Source: Octopus sinensis
Lineage: Eukaryota
NCBI RefSeq assembly: GCF_006345805.1
Contig: NC_043016.1
Span: 10,912,001-10,976,000 of the forward strand
Reading direction: 5' to 3'
Length of the DNA stretch: 64,000 nucleotides
A program made the position numbers and the translations under genes. Shown piece after piece: positions 37,728-50,800 of this stretch; within the stretch, counting starts at the first letter, position 1, and the number at the start of each line of letters is the position of its first letter. The notes under the pieces are model-generated. The model searched no databases. It worked only from the letters and a program-made list of their open reading frames with translations, and was not told the origin of the DNA.

Positions 37728-38016
37728 TCGCCCTACTTTGAGCTGTGCGGATAATACCAGGCTGACTTGGTGCTTCAACTCAAGTACCTAATTCAACTGA
37801 ATATTAATTACTTATATAAATATATATATATATATTTATATATACAGAGAGAGAGAGAGAGAAAGAATATTAGGGATTTAGTTCACTGGTAATCTAAACG
37901 AATAAGTACACTGCATAAGTGCTATAACTGGTCATCCATTAGGTTCCAAGTTCATAGCTGAGGCTGGAGCTAGGGATCCATTATTAGGGCTCCATATTAG
38001 GCAGGTATTTATTAAA

Positions 38017-38246
38017 GGCAGCGAGCTGGCAGAAACATTAGCACGCCGGGCAAAACGCCTAGCGGTATTTCGTCTGTCGCTACGTTCTGAGTTCAAATTC
38101 CGCCGAGGTCGACTTTGCCTTTCATCCTTTCGGGGTCGATTAAATAAGTACCAGTTACGCACTGGGGTCGATATAATCGACTTAATCCGTTTGTCTGTCC
38201 TTGTTTGTCTCCTCTGTGTTTAGCCCCTCGTGGGCAGTAAAGAAAT
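38017..38246 (+). mobile_element. SINE family B with a 16-bp target-site duplication
   Basis: AGGTATTTATTAAAGG at 38003-38018 and 38247-38262. Confidence 0.92.
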
Positions 38247-38714
38247 AGGTATTTATTAAAGGAAAAGGGAAACAAAACCAAGGCAGGAAGAGTATCTCAG
38301 GTCATTTAGAAAATCTAATTAGAGTAAAGTGAATTAGAATTAATTAAGCAATTAAATAGTTAATTAATTAATTATTGGATGTCTTACAACTATTAATCGG
38401 ATATCTCAAGTGATAGATTAGCATCTTCATACACTGGGTGCTCTGTCACCAGAGACAAGGTGAGTATGTATGAAAGCTCTAGACGTGGAATTCACAGTTT
38501 ATAAAGGAATATGAACAGAATAAAGAGTAAAACTGTAGACAAGAGAATAAAGTTCACAGCTCATATTCTTCCAAAGTATATCGAGGATGGTCCGTACTTC
38601 CGTGAAGGTATAGGTCCTTAAGTATAATCCCAGGTAAATCAAGGCAGTATTTTGGAAGTATTTTCAATGTTGCGTCCGTGTTGAAGGAATAGATCAAGTG
38701 GTTTCACTTGATCT

Positions 38715-39103
38715 ATATGTATGTATATATGTATGTATGTATGAATGTATGTATGTATGCATGTATGTATGTATGTATGCATGTATGTATGTATGTATGT
38801 ATGAATGTATGTATGTATGTAGTATGTATGCATGCATGTATGTATGTTTGTATGTATTTTGTTTGTATGTATGTATGTATGTTTGTATGTATGTATGTAT
38901 GTATGTATGGTGTATGTATGTATGTATGTATGTATGTATGTAGTATGTATGTATGTATGTATGTATGTATGTATGTATGTATGTATGCATGCATGTATGT
39001 ATGTATGCATGTATGTATGTATGTATGTATGTATGTATGTATGTATGTATGCATGCATGTATGTATGTTTGTATGTATGTATGTTTGTATGTATGTATGT
39101 ATA
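38715..39103. repeat. (TATG)n microsatellite
   Basis: Direct inspection; resumes at 39640-39720. Confidence 0.95.
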
Positions 39104-39638
39104 AATAATACATTTCTAAATCTCTCAGGGAGATTTATGCAGTAGCAGCATGATGAAGTGATAGTATATTGTCAACTTAATGTGACAGTCCCATGAAAGG
39201 GAAGAATGCTACTGTTATTTAGCCCAAAGGAAACACCGTTTCCTGTTGGACTTGACACATTTCCGGTGTCCTTATGTTTTCAAAGTGGAGAGAAGAACCT
39301 CCACCCAGCATAAATCTCTCTGTGAGATTTAGAAATATATTATTTCTATTTTCAAAAATCAGTGAATGTATTTCACTTGAAATATATGTTTCCAAAGGGG
39401 AATAAGCATCGACAGCTAGCAGATCATGCTACTCCAGACTGATGATGAGCAATGACTCTGAAACTAGTCTCTGGATGCTGGCTTTGTTGGGTGGAGGTGC
39501 TTATCTCCACTTTGAAAACACAAGGACACAGGAAATGTGTCAAGTCCAACAGGAAACGGTGTTTCCTAGGGCTAAATAACAGTAGCATTCTTCCCTTTCA
39601 TGGGACTGCCACATTAAGTTGACAACATGCTATTACTT
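39104..39638. mobile_element. Fold-back element (arms 39156-39307 / 39488-39638, plus 39104-39140 / 39308-39344) inside (TATG)n; probable PLE pseudo-LTR remnant
   Basis: ~150-bp inverted arms; hammerhead motif in the spacer. Confidence 0.75.
39433..39475 (+). ncRNA. Minimal type I hammerhead ribozyme, predicted GUC cleavage after 39469
   Basis: TCCAGA-CTGATGA-tGAG caatga CTCt-GAAA-CTAG-TC-TCTGGA: 6-bp stem I, canonical core, palindromic ACTAGT stem III. Confidence 0.8.
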
Positions 39639-40007
39639 TGTATGTATGTATGTATGTATGTATGTATGTATGTATGTATGTATGTGTGTATGTATGTATG
39701 TTTGTATGTATGTATGTATGTAGTGCAATATATGGATTCATTGACAACTGTGCATATCACACAAAGCTCTTCTAGTGGACCTGGTTATCATACCACATAG
39801 TAATCAAACAGAGGGGAGAATAATGGAGAGTTCTATACAGCTGAAATCAGTGTTGGAGTATTGGGGTAAACATGATGTTCTGGTGATCTGAAAAACTAGC
39901 CGTTTATATCTGCATTGATTTGTAAAATGAGTAGCATGCATATTGGTACCAGAATCATTGCAGGCTGCAAAACAGCCATAATCATACAGATATCAAATCG
40001 ATCATCA

Positions 40008-40062
<55 letters not shown>

Positions 40063-40087
40063 CACCACCACAACCACCACCACCACC

Positions 40088-40135
<48 letters not shown>

Positions 40136-40382
40136 TTCTTCTTCTTCATCATCTTATTATTGCAGGCTGCAAAACAGCCATAATCATACAGATATCAAAT
40201 GGATCATCATCATCTTCATCATCTACATTCACTTTCCTTTCTCACCTCATATTGCCTGACTTTTTATGGCTTTTGTATACATACATATATATTGTGCTAT
40301 GCTGAGAAAACATGCTCAATACCAGAATTTTCAAAACTAGCAATGCTTCTTCACAGCCTTGCTTAGAAACAGATGAGATCGA

Positions 40383-40421
<39 letters not shown>

Positions 40422-40585
40422 AATAAGAAAATGGAGGAACAGATTTCTTTCAATCATCAACTTACAGATAATACCAATTCATATTATTTATTAACTAATT
40501 AAATAGGAACATCCAAATCCAACAGAATAAATCAATATACATCAATAAGTAAGATAATACCATAAAAATAATACACATAAAATGG

Positions 40586-40711
40586 ATCTTACAGCTGTTT
40601 CAGCCTGTAGATAAAAGTATCTCATTGTGCCTATATTAGTCAGATGTATTGAGGTAATATGCAGTTAAAAATGAGTTACTTATATATATATCTCAAGGCC
40701 TCGTCAGAGAT
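40586..40711 (-). ncRNA. Minimal type I hammerhead ribozyme with an 89-nt stem II loop, predicted GUA cleavage between 40590 and 40589
   Basis: Minus strand ATCT-CTGACGA-GGCCT [89 nt] AGGCT-GAAA-CAGCTG-TA-AGAT; palindromic ACAGCTGT stem III. Confidence 0.7.
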
Positions 40712-40808
40712 TATAAAGTACAATTATAAAAATATACAAATGCAAATATAAATATGAAACAAAATACACATACACAAGAATCTATATATATATATATATA
40801 CAATTATA

Positions 40809-40920
40809 AATAAGGGTAAAAGAAAAATATTTTCTATGCCAATATGCTGAAAAATAGACCTTAGATTGTCTATTTTTCAGCATATTGGCATAGAAAATAT
40901 TTTTTCTTGCCCTGATTTAT
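40809..40920. repeat. Hairpin palindrome (~50-bp arms, 8-nt loop), same family as 57805-58045
   Basis: ATATTTTCTATGCCAATATGCTGAAAAATAGAC / GTCTATTTTTCAGCATATTGGCATAGAAAATAT. Confidence 0.9.
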
Positions 40921-41005
40921 ACTTGTTTATAATTTTCCCCTTAAAAGATATTTTAATATGTTGGCCACTAATAAAACTTTCTAAAAACTTTTATCCTTAT
41001 ATTTG

Positions 41006-41067
<62 letters not shown>

Positions 41068-41784
41068 TCAGGATTCAAGGCATTGGGTGTGGTCGGAAAG
41101 TAAATTGTGTACACAACAAAAACAGATGAATAACTAGAAGACAAACCTGGCCTTGCTCGGGATTAAAATAGTTTATTATTGTTTTACTTGTTTCAGTATT
41201 ATAACCCGGTTTCATTCGGGTCTACGCTGGCCACATTTTAAAAGATGAACAATGTTACTCTGAAGGCCACGTGTTTCAAATGAGCAAACTCAAAACTGCT
41301 ATGCAAACTCACCAGCACTTTTAACATAGATGTGTAAATTTTCAGCTCAATCCAACCACATATGCACATATTATATACATACATTCGCATTAAATATATA
41401 TGCACATATATACTCATTCTATACATACACACATATATATATATATACGCATTATGTATACATATTTATACACATTATATATATATACACACACATATAT
41501 ATCCAAATATCGATATATACACTTTATATATATATATATATACACACACACATATATATATAAATCAACATAATAAATATCTGATTAATAATATCTGTTG
41601 TCATGATTGTGTGGTGGTGGTGGGCAATAATAATTCACCGTTGTAAAAGCCCTGTAGCGGGAATATTTAAACTTCAAGAGAGTGAAATATATTTCCGACA
41701 CAATATAATTATTTACTATTTTATTCCTTTCCATTAATCACACTCGCGGCTGTCAACGCTTTCTCTGTATATATATAGAAAGAT

Positions 41785-41789
<5 letters not shown>

Positions 41790-41829
<40 letters not shown>

Positions 41830-42470
41830 CTGGGGGAGAAAGAGCGACAGAGAGACAATGAATACGGAGAGGGAAAGAGAGTGAGTAGAAGCTGTCAAAA
41901 GCTGTTATAGAGATAAAGAGGAGGGAAGGGGGAAAGAAAGAGATGGAAGAAGAAAGGGTGATAACTGTAAGGGAGAAACAACAAACACTTCATCTGACCT
42001 CCTCCCCGACTCCTACTTCTCTTCACTCCTACATCTTTCCACCCCTATTCTCTTTCCCTCTTCTCCCTTACTCTCTTTCTCTCTGCTCCCTCACTCTCCT
42101 CTCTCCCCCTCCTTCTCCCCACCCAACTCTCCTCTCTTGCCCCGACTCCTACTTCTCTTCACTGCTACTTCCCTTCACCCTACTCTCTTTCTCTCCCCTC
42201 CGTCCCTCTTACTCTCTTATTCTCTCTTCTCTCCTCTCTTTCACCCTCTCTTTCTCTCCTCACATACCCACCTTCCTCTCCCCTATAAACCCACCCACTC
42301 CTACTCCACCTTCCCATCCTATCCCACACCCCTCTCCCACATACCCCACCTCTACCCCTCTCTGCCTACCCACAAACCCCAACTCTACCCCAACCCCCAG
42401 CCGAACCTACACCCCACCCGTGCTTTCCCCACTCTCGCCTCCCCTACCACCCAACAACATCACACCACAC
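41790..42470. repeat. (AG)n tract followed by a long C/T-rich low-complexity tract
   Basis: Direct inspection; source of the P/S/L-rich pseudo-ORFs. Confidence 0.85.
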
Positions 42471-42846
42471 GCGTAACAATTAAATTAATTTAACAATTAA
42501 GAAAAAAAAATAGGGTTAGGGGGAGGGTTAGTGTTAGTTACAGGATGTTGTCTCAGTTTTAGACGCAGCAAATGATTTTAGTTGAATAGAGGTAATCGAT
42601 TGGTTAAAATTGCCGAAATGCTCGGATTTTCAGATGAAATATCTTACAAACTATAGAATTTTCTCAATAAAGCCAAGAAAAAAATGATGTTTTATAAACA
42701 CATTCTACCAGTATATGAAGTTTAAAAGTGTTTAGTTAACTAGAAATTGTGTTGACATCTGCCGTTCAAAAGGAAAAGATCGTAACCCTTCTTGGTAGGC
42801 CACAGACCAACAACTGAAACGAATAAAAAATAAACAAGAAAGAAAG

Positions 42847-42884
<38 letters not shown>

Positions 42885-43005
42885 TCATTATTCACCATAA
42901 GGTTGAGAAGAGGGGACGATACGAGGACAGACAAAACAAACATTGGGGTCAGGGTATCGAATGAGACGAAACGTATAAATAAACAAACAATTAAAATATA
43001 TACAA

Positions 43006-43401
43006 CTAGCAGTATCGCCCGGCGTTGCTCGGGTTTGTAAGGGAAATAACTATATAAGCATTTTTAGAGATGTAAAGTATAATAGCCATCTCAATATGGC
43101 TAACCACAAAGGGGGAGGGTATTACTGTAGCTTTTTACGTTCTGAGATTTAATAATAAATGTTTAGAGAGTTACTTCCCTTATATATGCCAAAAATACAT
43201 TAAAAATGGGAAAAATTGATGGTAAATTGTTTTTAAAAATCGTAGACTCATCGTAGACGCGCGCTAATACCCAGAAGGGCTCGATATGAATCACGACTAT
43301 AAGATACCCGTTTTGTTAAACTGCACCGCAAATGTGGGAGTAGTAGGAATCTAAATCGTAGGAGACAGACAGACACACAACCCCACTTTTATATATAAAG
43401 A
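43006..43401 (-). mobile_element. Non-autonomous Helitron (396 bp), same family as 1132-1538
   Basis: Minus strand starts A|TCTTTATATATAAAAGT and ends CCCGAGCAACGCCGGGCGATACTGCTAG|T. Confidence 0.88.
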
Positions 43402-43955
43402 TTAAATGAGAATGAGTGATTTACAAAAAATGAAGCAGAGGACGCGGTCGATCCCACAAACCACATACTCACACTTGAAGGGAGAGAAAGCTAGTTCTAA
43501 GAGATAAAGATACTCTTCCACTGTCGCCAAACGGATTCCAAGAACACACTTTGACAAAGTGAAGAAAGCATGTTACAAATCAAGGAGCGGCAAATCAGAA
43601 ACAGAGGCTGTTAATAGAACATAGTTTAGTTGATAAGTAGACATTATATCAAGATATCAGAATACGCGGTAGATTGTGCAAGTCTGTGTATTACATACGG
43701 CTAATTATTAATAAGCGTCAAAGAAATATTTGTTACTTTCTGTTTTTTGTTTTTTGTTTGTTTTGTGTTGTTTTGTTTGTTTATTGTGGTGTTGGTTGTT
43801 TTGGTTGTTTTCTTATCTGAGTTTTTTTTTTGTTCTAATGTTTTGTTCGTTTTTTTTCCTTAAAAAAAAACAACAAAAGTGTGTATGAAATAAAAATCGT
43901 GTGTATGTGTAGGGGTGGGGGTAAGTGTAGAGACGTTTGCGTACATGAATGTGTG

Positions 43956-43991
<36 letters not shown>

Positions 43992-44099
43992 GGGTGAGTA
44001 TGTGTGTTGTGTATGTGTGTGTGTTGTGTGTGGGTGTGGGTGGGTGTTGGTGTGTGCGCACACAGGAAAGGGAGTCAGCATTCTCCAAAGTGAAACAAA

Positions 44100-44440
44100 G
44101 GAAGAAAGAAACAAACACAGAAATGAATGAAGGAAAGAAGGAAGGAATGGTTGAAGGAAGGAAGGAAAGAAAGAAAGAAGAAGGAAAGAAAGAAAGAAAA
44201 AAGAAGGAAAGAAAGAAAGAAAAAGAAGGAAAGAAAGAAAGAAGGAAAGAAAAAAGAAGGAAAGAAAGAAGGAAGGAAAGAAAGAAAGAAAAAAGAAGGA
44301 AAGACAGAAAGGAAAAAGAAGAAAAGAAAGAAAGGAAAAAGAAGGAAAGAAAGAAAGAAAAAAGAAGGAAAGACAGAAAGAAGAAAAGAAGGAAAGAAAG
44401 AAAGAAAAAAGAAGGAAAGAAAGAAAGAAAGCATCAAATA
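44100..44440. repeat. (GAAA/GGAA)n purine tract
   Basis: Direct inspection. Confidence 0.95.
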
Positions 44441-44699
44441 AACAAAAAATAAAAGAAAAGAGGCAAGTAACCAAGAAAGAAAGAAGTTATTCTTAGACCC
44501 GGAAAACATGTCCAGCAGAGTGAACTGCATTAAAACTTACTAAATGGTTTTGTAGCGATGATGATGATGATGATGATGATTATGGTGGTGGGGGTGGGGT
44601 GGCAGTGATGGGGCTAGAATTAGACTAACCAAACTAAATAGATATGGGTCAAGCTTGACTGAACTGGCCTCTGATCAGAGACAATCCAGCTGTGATCAT

Positions 44700-44883
44700 C
44701 CTATGGTTGTGTGGTAAGAAGTTTCGCTTCCTGACTGCACGGTTCCAGGTTCAGTCCTACTGTGTAACACCTTGAACAACTATCTACTATTATAGCCTCA
44801 GACCAACTAAAGTCTTGTCAGTAGATTTGGTAGACGGAAACTGAAAGAAGCCTCGTCTATGTTTATGTATGTATATGTATATA

Positions 44884-44917
<34 letters not shown>

Positions 44918-45176
44918 GGGAGTATAACTCCAAACTTACAGGGAAAAATTCAATTTAGTATTAAATCAAATTTCACAGTATAAATATATAATATATAAAA
45001 ATTAGTCTATCATTGTTTGAATAATTACATAATAGTGGGTTTTTCTTTAATATATAGGCATAGGAGTGGCTGTATGGTAAGTAGCTTGCTTCCCAATCAC
45101 ATGGGCAAGTGTTTTCTACTTGGGCCAACCAAAGCCTTGTGAGTGGATTTGGTAGATGGAAACTGAAAGAAGCCCG

Positions 45177-45208
<32 letters not shown>

Positions 45209-46010
45209 GTATGTATATATTTATGTATGTGTTTGCATGTCTGTGTTTGTCTCTCCACCACCGCTTCACAACTGCTGTTGGTGTATTTATGTCCCCCATA
45301 ACCTTGCAGTTTGGTAAAAGAGATCAATAGAATGAGTACTAGACTTACAAAGAATATGTCCTGGGGTTGGTTCCTTCAACTAAAGGCGATGCTCCAGCAT
45401 GGCCGCAGTCAAATGACTGAAACCAGTAAAAGAATAAAGGAATATGTGTAAATTAATAGAAACCTGGAAAACAAAGATTTACTTATCCAGGTTTTATTAT
45501 ACGGTGATTAACTGTATATTAAAACCTGGATATGTAAATCTCTTTTCTTTGGATTTTTATTTATTTTTAAATTTCTTCTCTACCGATGTTATGCAGTCTC
45601 TATAAAGACATTTGGATTTACCAAAGTGAGGATTTACCGAGTATAGTGTAGAGTATAGTATATAACTGGTGTTCAAATACATTCACTGAGCCAGCATTGT
45701 TAGCCGATAAAATCAAGTATGGTACCCATTAGGGTTATATACCCCTCTTAACCAATTTTGGAAATTTACCTTTATATATATATATATGTAAATACATGTG
45801 TGTAAGAGTGTGTGTGTATCTGTGCTTACCCCCCACCCCACCCCACCACCATCTCTGCTTGACAGTTGGTGTTTTTGTGTTTATATCCCCATCACCTAGC
45901 GGTTCAGCAAAGAGTCTGATAGAATAAACACCAGGCTTAAAGTTCTGGACTCAGCTCTCCAAGATGGTGCCCCAGCATGATCGGAATCTAATGACTGAAA
46001 TGAATAAGAT
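44700..46010 (+). mobile_element. Cluster of SINE A pieces (44700-44870, 45057-45435, 45840-46010) with intervening pseudo-LTR-like DNA and an imperfect hairpin at ~45474-45545
   Basis: Family head and tail motifs; TATCCAGGTTTT...AAAACCTGGATA inverted pair. Confidence 0.7.
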
Positions 46011-46559
46011 ATATTAGGTACAATACATCCTGGACCATAGAAATGCAAAGTGTCTGCTGCTAATTTCTAGATGAGATTCTTTGAGAGATTTCACTGATAT
46101 TTCCATCAACTTGTGTGACTTTTGAGGAAGCAAAGCTACCTTATTTTCTTGTAGAAAAATGGACTTAGTATGGATGGTATGAAAGAAGGAGAGAAGAAAT
46201 AAAATGGGATACAAAGATTAATGTCTAGAATCTAAGCAAGACATTTTGAATATGTTAGTAAGATTTCCGTGTCTTATTTATGTTCAGTCCATTAAATGCA
46301 ATTTGTATTTCACCTGTCAAAACATACCTAGGTAAATAAAATATGAAAAATAATATAGAAAAACAAAAAGTTTATGAGGGAGATTTTGTTGAATTTTCAA
46401 GTAGATTGAGAGATTTTATAGAAAATACCACACTGGGTCACATAAATGCAGGAATGAAATTTGCCTAGTAGGGTGTAAACTCAGATCCAAAATTCATTAC
46501 AGACAGAGACCTCTGAGATATGCTGTGACTGTGAAGACCTGACAAATGAAGTAAGTTCA

Positions 46560-47002
46560 TGGCTCGCAGGACGGTCTGCTGTGCTAACCTTGGATTTAGG
46601 GTGACCTGCTGTTCTTGAGGAGACCTATTGAGTCAAGTACGTCAATGTCAACACCAACATCAAAATGAAAATCAAGTAGAAATTGTAGTTAAGATACCCG
46701 TGCAGGTGACACGTAAAAAGCACCATCCAAATGTGACCGATGCCAGTGCCGCCTCGACTGGCGTCCATGTCGGTGACACATAAAAGCACCATCCGATCGT
46801 GGCTGTTTGCCAGCCCCCTCTGGCCCCTGTGCCGGTGGCACATAAAAAGCACCCACTACACTCACGGAGTGGTTGGCATTAGGAAGGGCATTTAGCTGTA
46901 GAAACACTGCCAGATCAGACTAGAGCTTGGTGCAGCCTCCTGGCTTTCCAGATCCCGGCCGAACCATCCAACCTATACCAGCATGGAAAACGGACATTAA
47001 AC

Positions 47003-47033
<31 letters not shown>
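46560..47033 (+). mobile_element. RTE LINE 3' fragment (three modules, GAT tail)
   Basis: Homologous to 27414-27870 and to the end of the long copy. Confidence 0.88.
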
Positions 47034-47035
<2 letters not shown>

Positions 47036-47493
47036 GATTGATTTTTTCAATCTCAATTTCAAAACAAATACAGTTATATTGATAGTTGTGATTATTTGTG
47101 CATGAATCAAATCATAATAATCCCAAAATGGGAAAGTGATATTTCAAATCAGTCCAAAAAAATTTCAACACTCGGTTGTTTTGTCGATGAAGTTTTTCCA
47201 ATTGTGCCACAACTGTCCACCTTCACTGCATGAAACATTTTAGTGGGTGCATGTTGCCAAACTAGTGCTGAGTATGCTAGAATCTGGTAAATTACAAGTA
47301 AGAATGAGTATTGCTGAAAAGGCCTAATAAAACTGAAATATGCTCTACATTGTCACTACACTTACCAAGATTAAACTCATCTAAACCACATGTCCACAAT
47401 CTGCTTTTAATTAGGATTTTAGGGTTGTCACCCCTTTCTTTAAAACTAATGGTTATTTTATTCACACACAAAGGGTGTAATTTTTATTGATCA

Positions 47494-49218
47494 CTAGCAG
47501 TATAGCCCAGCTTTGCTTGGGATTAAGTTAGGATTATTAAGCTAATCAAGCTCTTTATTTCAAAGCAAACTAAGTAACATCGACATCAAATTTGAGTGAA
47601 ATCCGTTAAAATTGGTAAACTTTTGGCTGAAATTTTGCTGACAATTTGATTGGGAAATCCTATAAGGAATCGGTTTATAGATTTTTTCTACTCATCGATT
47701 GTTTTTGTTTTTTTTTTCGTTTTTGGAGAACTTAAAGCATTCAAAGATCCCATGAGTCCTAAGTAATGCTGGCATCACGTTTGAACAAAATACATCAAAA
47801 TTGGTAGACGTTATGGTTGAAAATGGAGTGTAGCCAATTTTAGTGGGAAGTCCTATAAGGAATTGGTTTATCGATTTTTTTTATCCTGATTAAATGGAAA
47901 ACCCCATAAGGAATCAGTTTATTGATTTTTCACCCCAAATAGGACTTAACTGAACATTGCTGATTCAAAAACTATATTTATACTTTAAAGTTGGTTTTTA
48001 TACCCAACTCAGTTTTGCAGAATCAGTGTCGCGACAGGAGCGCATGGGTTGGGAGTTTGATTGGCAGAGGTGATCAGGTTGCATATGCCAACCCTTTTGA
48101 AAACACCACCCCATCATGTAACCCCACTTTGCCAATGGGTTAGGAACCCTTCCAGCAAGGAAAATAGAACGCCCAAAACGGCCTCCGATCCTCTGTGTGA
48201 GAAGCGGTTATGTTCAGATCACGACTAAGTATGTATATATATATATATATATATATATGGGCAACACACAACACACCAGCATATATGTACATACACCTAT
48301 TGCATATATGTTTTTGCACGCCTTTGCTCCTGCCCGTGACCCACCACCACCTCCTACCCAAGTAATACTATCAATTGAAGCAAATTTGGCATCTGGACAT
48401 AAGTTTTGTAACAGGAATAGAGAAGCCTACCTTCTCCCACAGATATGTGAGAGTCGTATCTCTCCTTTCGAAAACATGAACACTTTTGAAACATTGTTTA
48501 CAAAATAGTAGCTGATCATTTGCGAAGGAGCGTGTCTACAGTGAACACGTAGGTCTTTTGCTCTGGTAACCTCTGCTCTCTCCCATGTTCACGCACAACC
48601 AGCTATATATTGCTATGAGTAGAGCAATGGATTCAGCTAATTTGGAAATTAGTTGTGGAGAAATGGAGAATATCGTTTATATTGTGTCTATATATATATA
48701 TATATATACGGGCAACACGCACATTGCATGCATGTTTTTTGTACACATACATGCTCATGTGTGTATGTGTGTGTGTGAGTGTGTGTGTGTGTGTATGTGT
48801 GTGTGCATGTGTGTGACTGAAGCTATTCACACATACATACATACATACATACATACATAACAACCCCTGTCTGTCAATCACTTGCAAAAAGACGAAATTT
48901 TAAAAATCTGTTATCTCTCTCTCTCTCTCTCTCCTCCTCCCTCCCTCTCTTTACACCATCGCTAGAAGGGAACTTAACTCATGTTTTCTAAACAATGGCG
49001 GATTTCTCCGCTGTGTGAAAATTGTTAGATGTTATGGCTCAAAATTATTTACCGCTATTCGCGGGTGCCTCGGGGGAAAATAATTTGACAAAAATACAGC
49101 TAGGATTGTGACGAATGTCCTCCTAAAATTTGAGCGACATGCATGCTAATTTGTGGATGTACATAAACTACATTCACATACACGCACACGCACACATCCT
49201 GCCTTATATATATACAGA
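47494..49218 (-). mobile_element. Helitron-type composite region: 3' end at 47494, 5' end at 49218
   Basis: A-CTAG-CAGTATAGCCCAGCTTTGCTTGGG is a minus-strand 3' hairpin plus CTAG; the minus-strand start is A|TCTGTATATATATAAGG. The two ends may belong to different elements. Confidence 0.55.
48585..48690 (+). pseudogene. Helitron Rep/helicase C-terminal remnant (PIF1-like motif VI)
   Basis: FTHNQLYIAMSRA...ENIVY resembles the FSHGQLYVA.SRV...NIVY end of Helitron helicases. Confidence 0.7.
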
Positions 49219-49829
49219 TAGCCTTTACATATTCCTAATCACTTTCACACTCCTACTTAATAAATTATTCCATTCTCCAAAACACAATTGAATCTACTTT
49301 TATCATTATTCAGCGAACAGTCTACCTCTTACTACCTCTTCTGTCTTCTTTTCTTTTTAAAATCCTTCGCTTTTTTTTATCCATAGCTTTATGAATTATT
49401 TTTTTAGTTTTTCTTTTATTGTTCTGCTTATGTTTTTTTTATATCTACTTTGTTATCTCATAATTTTCATTCATATACATGCATACATACAAACACACTC
49501 ATACACACATAATATGCACACACATACATACATATATACATACATATACACACACACACCCGAAAGTTATCATTGGTTTCATATCTATTATTGCTCTTAG
49601 AAATATAGGCACTTCATCAGACTTGCAAGCCAAAAGCACATAACCTCTCTATTAACGAAAGTAAGAATGCAATCTTGGTCAGCATGGTGGGGAAAAAAAT
49701 CCTTGAAATAAAATTCTTTGAAGCAAAAATCTTTTCTGAGAGAGAGACAGAGTTATCTACCTTTGAACGGTTCCAGTTGTGTCAGAAAAGGACAAGCATT
49801 TTACCATTCACTAATCAGTAAGGAGGGAA

Positions 49830-50745
49830 GCCCATGTCTTCAATATGAATTTTCTATCATAAGGTCAACTACTAAATATTTCACTATTTGAATTTAAGAA
49901 GGTTCCCAGATCAAGTGAATATTTTAGGATGCTTGCCCTCTTGGCTAAGCAAAGTTTGCATTGTCTACTTTCATTGAGGTAAAGTCTAGGCTGTTTCAGA
50001 AGCTTCCAGTTGATTGTGTGGCGTTCCTTCTTTTAAATGCCATATGTAGTTGACCAAAGACATTACATTATACTTCTCAGAGATACTAAAAGAGGACCTT
50101 CGGATATTTAATCACAGCTTTAAAAAGCTCTCTGTTGATCCAATGTATTTTGGTGTATGTGTCCTTACATTGTTGATGCTGCTGTTTCTGCAAGACACTA
50201 CCTCTCCCTCATTAACCATGGCCAAGGAGTTGCATCAACCACCCACTGGGTGCTCACTGTTAATCCTACATAAGCACCCTACTTCTTAATGGGGTTTAGA
50301 GATATCCACTAAAAGTTTTTACACTGAACCCACAGCTGAATGAGACTCTTAAGTCGTTTCTATTAAATAACCATCAGTGCCTATGGGATTGCATGAAATA
50401 TTTATCTATTAATCTTAGAAAGATCCTTCCAATACAGGATTTGACACTGAGTGAAAAAGGTGGGACAAAGCAAAGAACCCCATGGTGGTACTTTCTTTTG
50501 TGGATTTTAGGTCCTGGTCTTTAGGAGATGTGGTCCTTAAACACATTGGCTGCCAAACCATCATTGTAATAGTGGACTGCAGTGTCAAAAATGTCCTTAT
50601 TCAAGGATAGGTTCAATATCTAGGTGTACATTATTTTATATCCCTCTCGCTAATGTCAGTAAACTCTCTACTGAACATAAGCACCCTAACTAGTAACCCT
50701 TTTGATATAGATGAATAAAAATACACTGTATCAAATTGGGGTAAT
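49830..50745 (-). mobile_element. Penelope-like element remnant: RT motif, linker and GIY-YIG endonuclease, internally deleted
   Basis: My translation of the minus strand: QFDTVYFYSSISKGLL; VPPFSLSVKSCIGRIFLRLIDKYF...FNRNDLRVSFSC; KYIGSTESF...RSSF...YIWHLKE; INWKLL...Y...SRQCKLCL...FLNSNSEIFSS. Confidence 0.85.
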
Positions 50746-50800
50746 TGTGTCCCACCTCTACTCTGATTTGTCTAACTTCATTGGTATTATGCCATTAGGA

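Noticed and set aside
49570-49625. Hammerhead downstream of the 49.8-kb PLE remnant
   Set aside because: CTGATGA and GAAA are present on the minus strand, but stems II, III and I do not pair convincingly.
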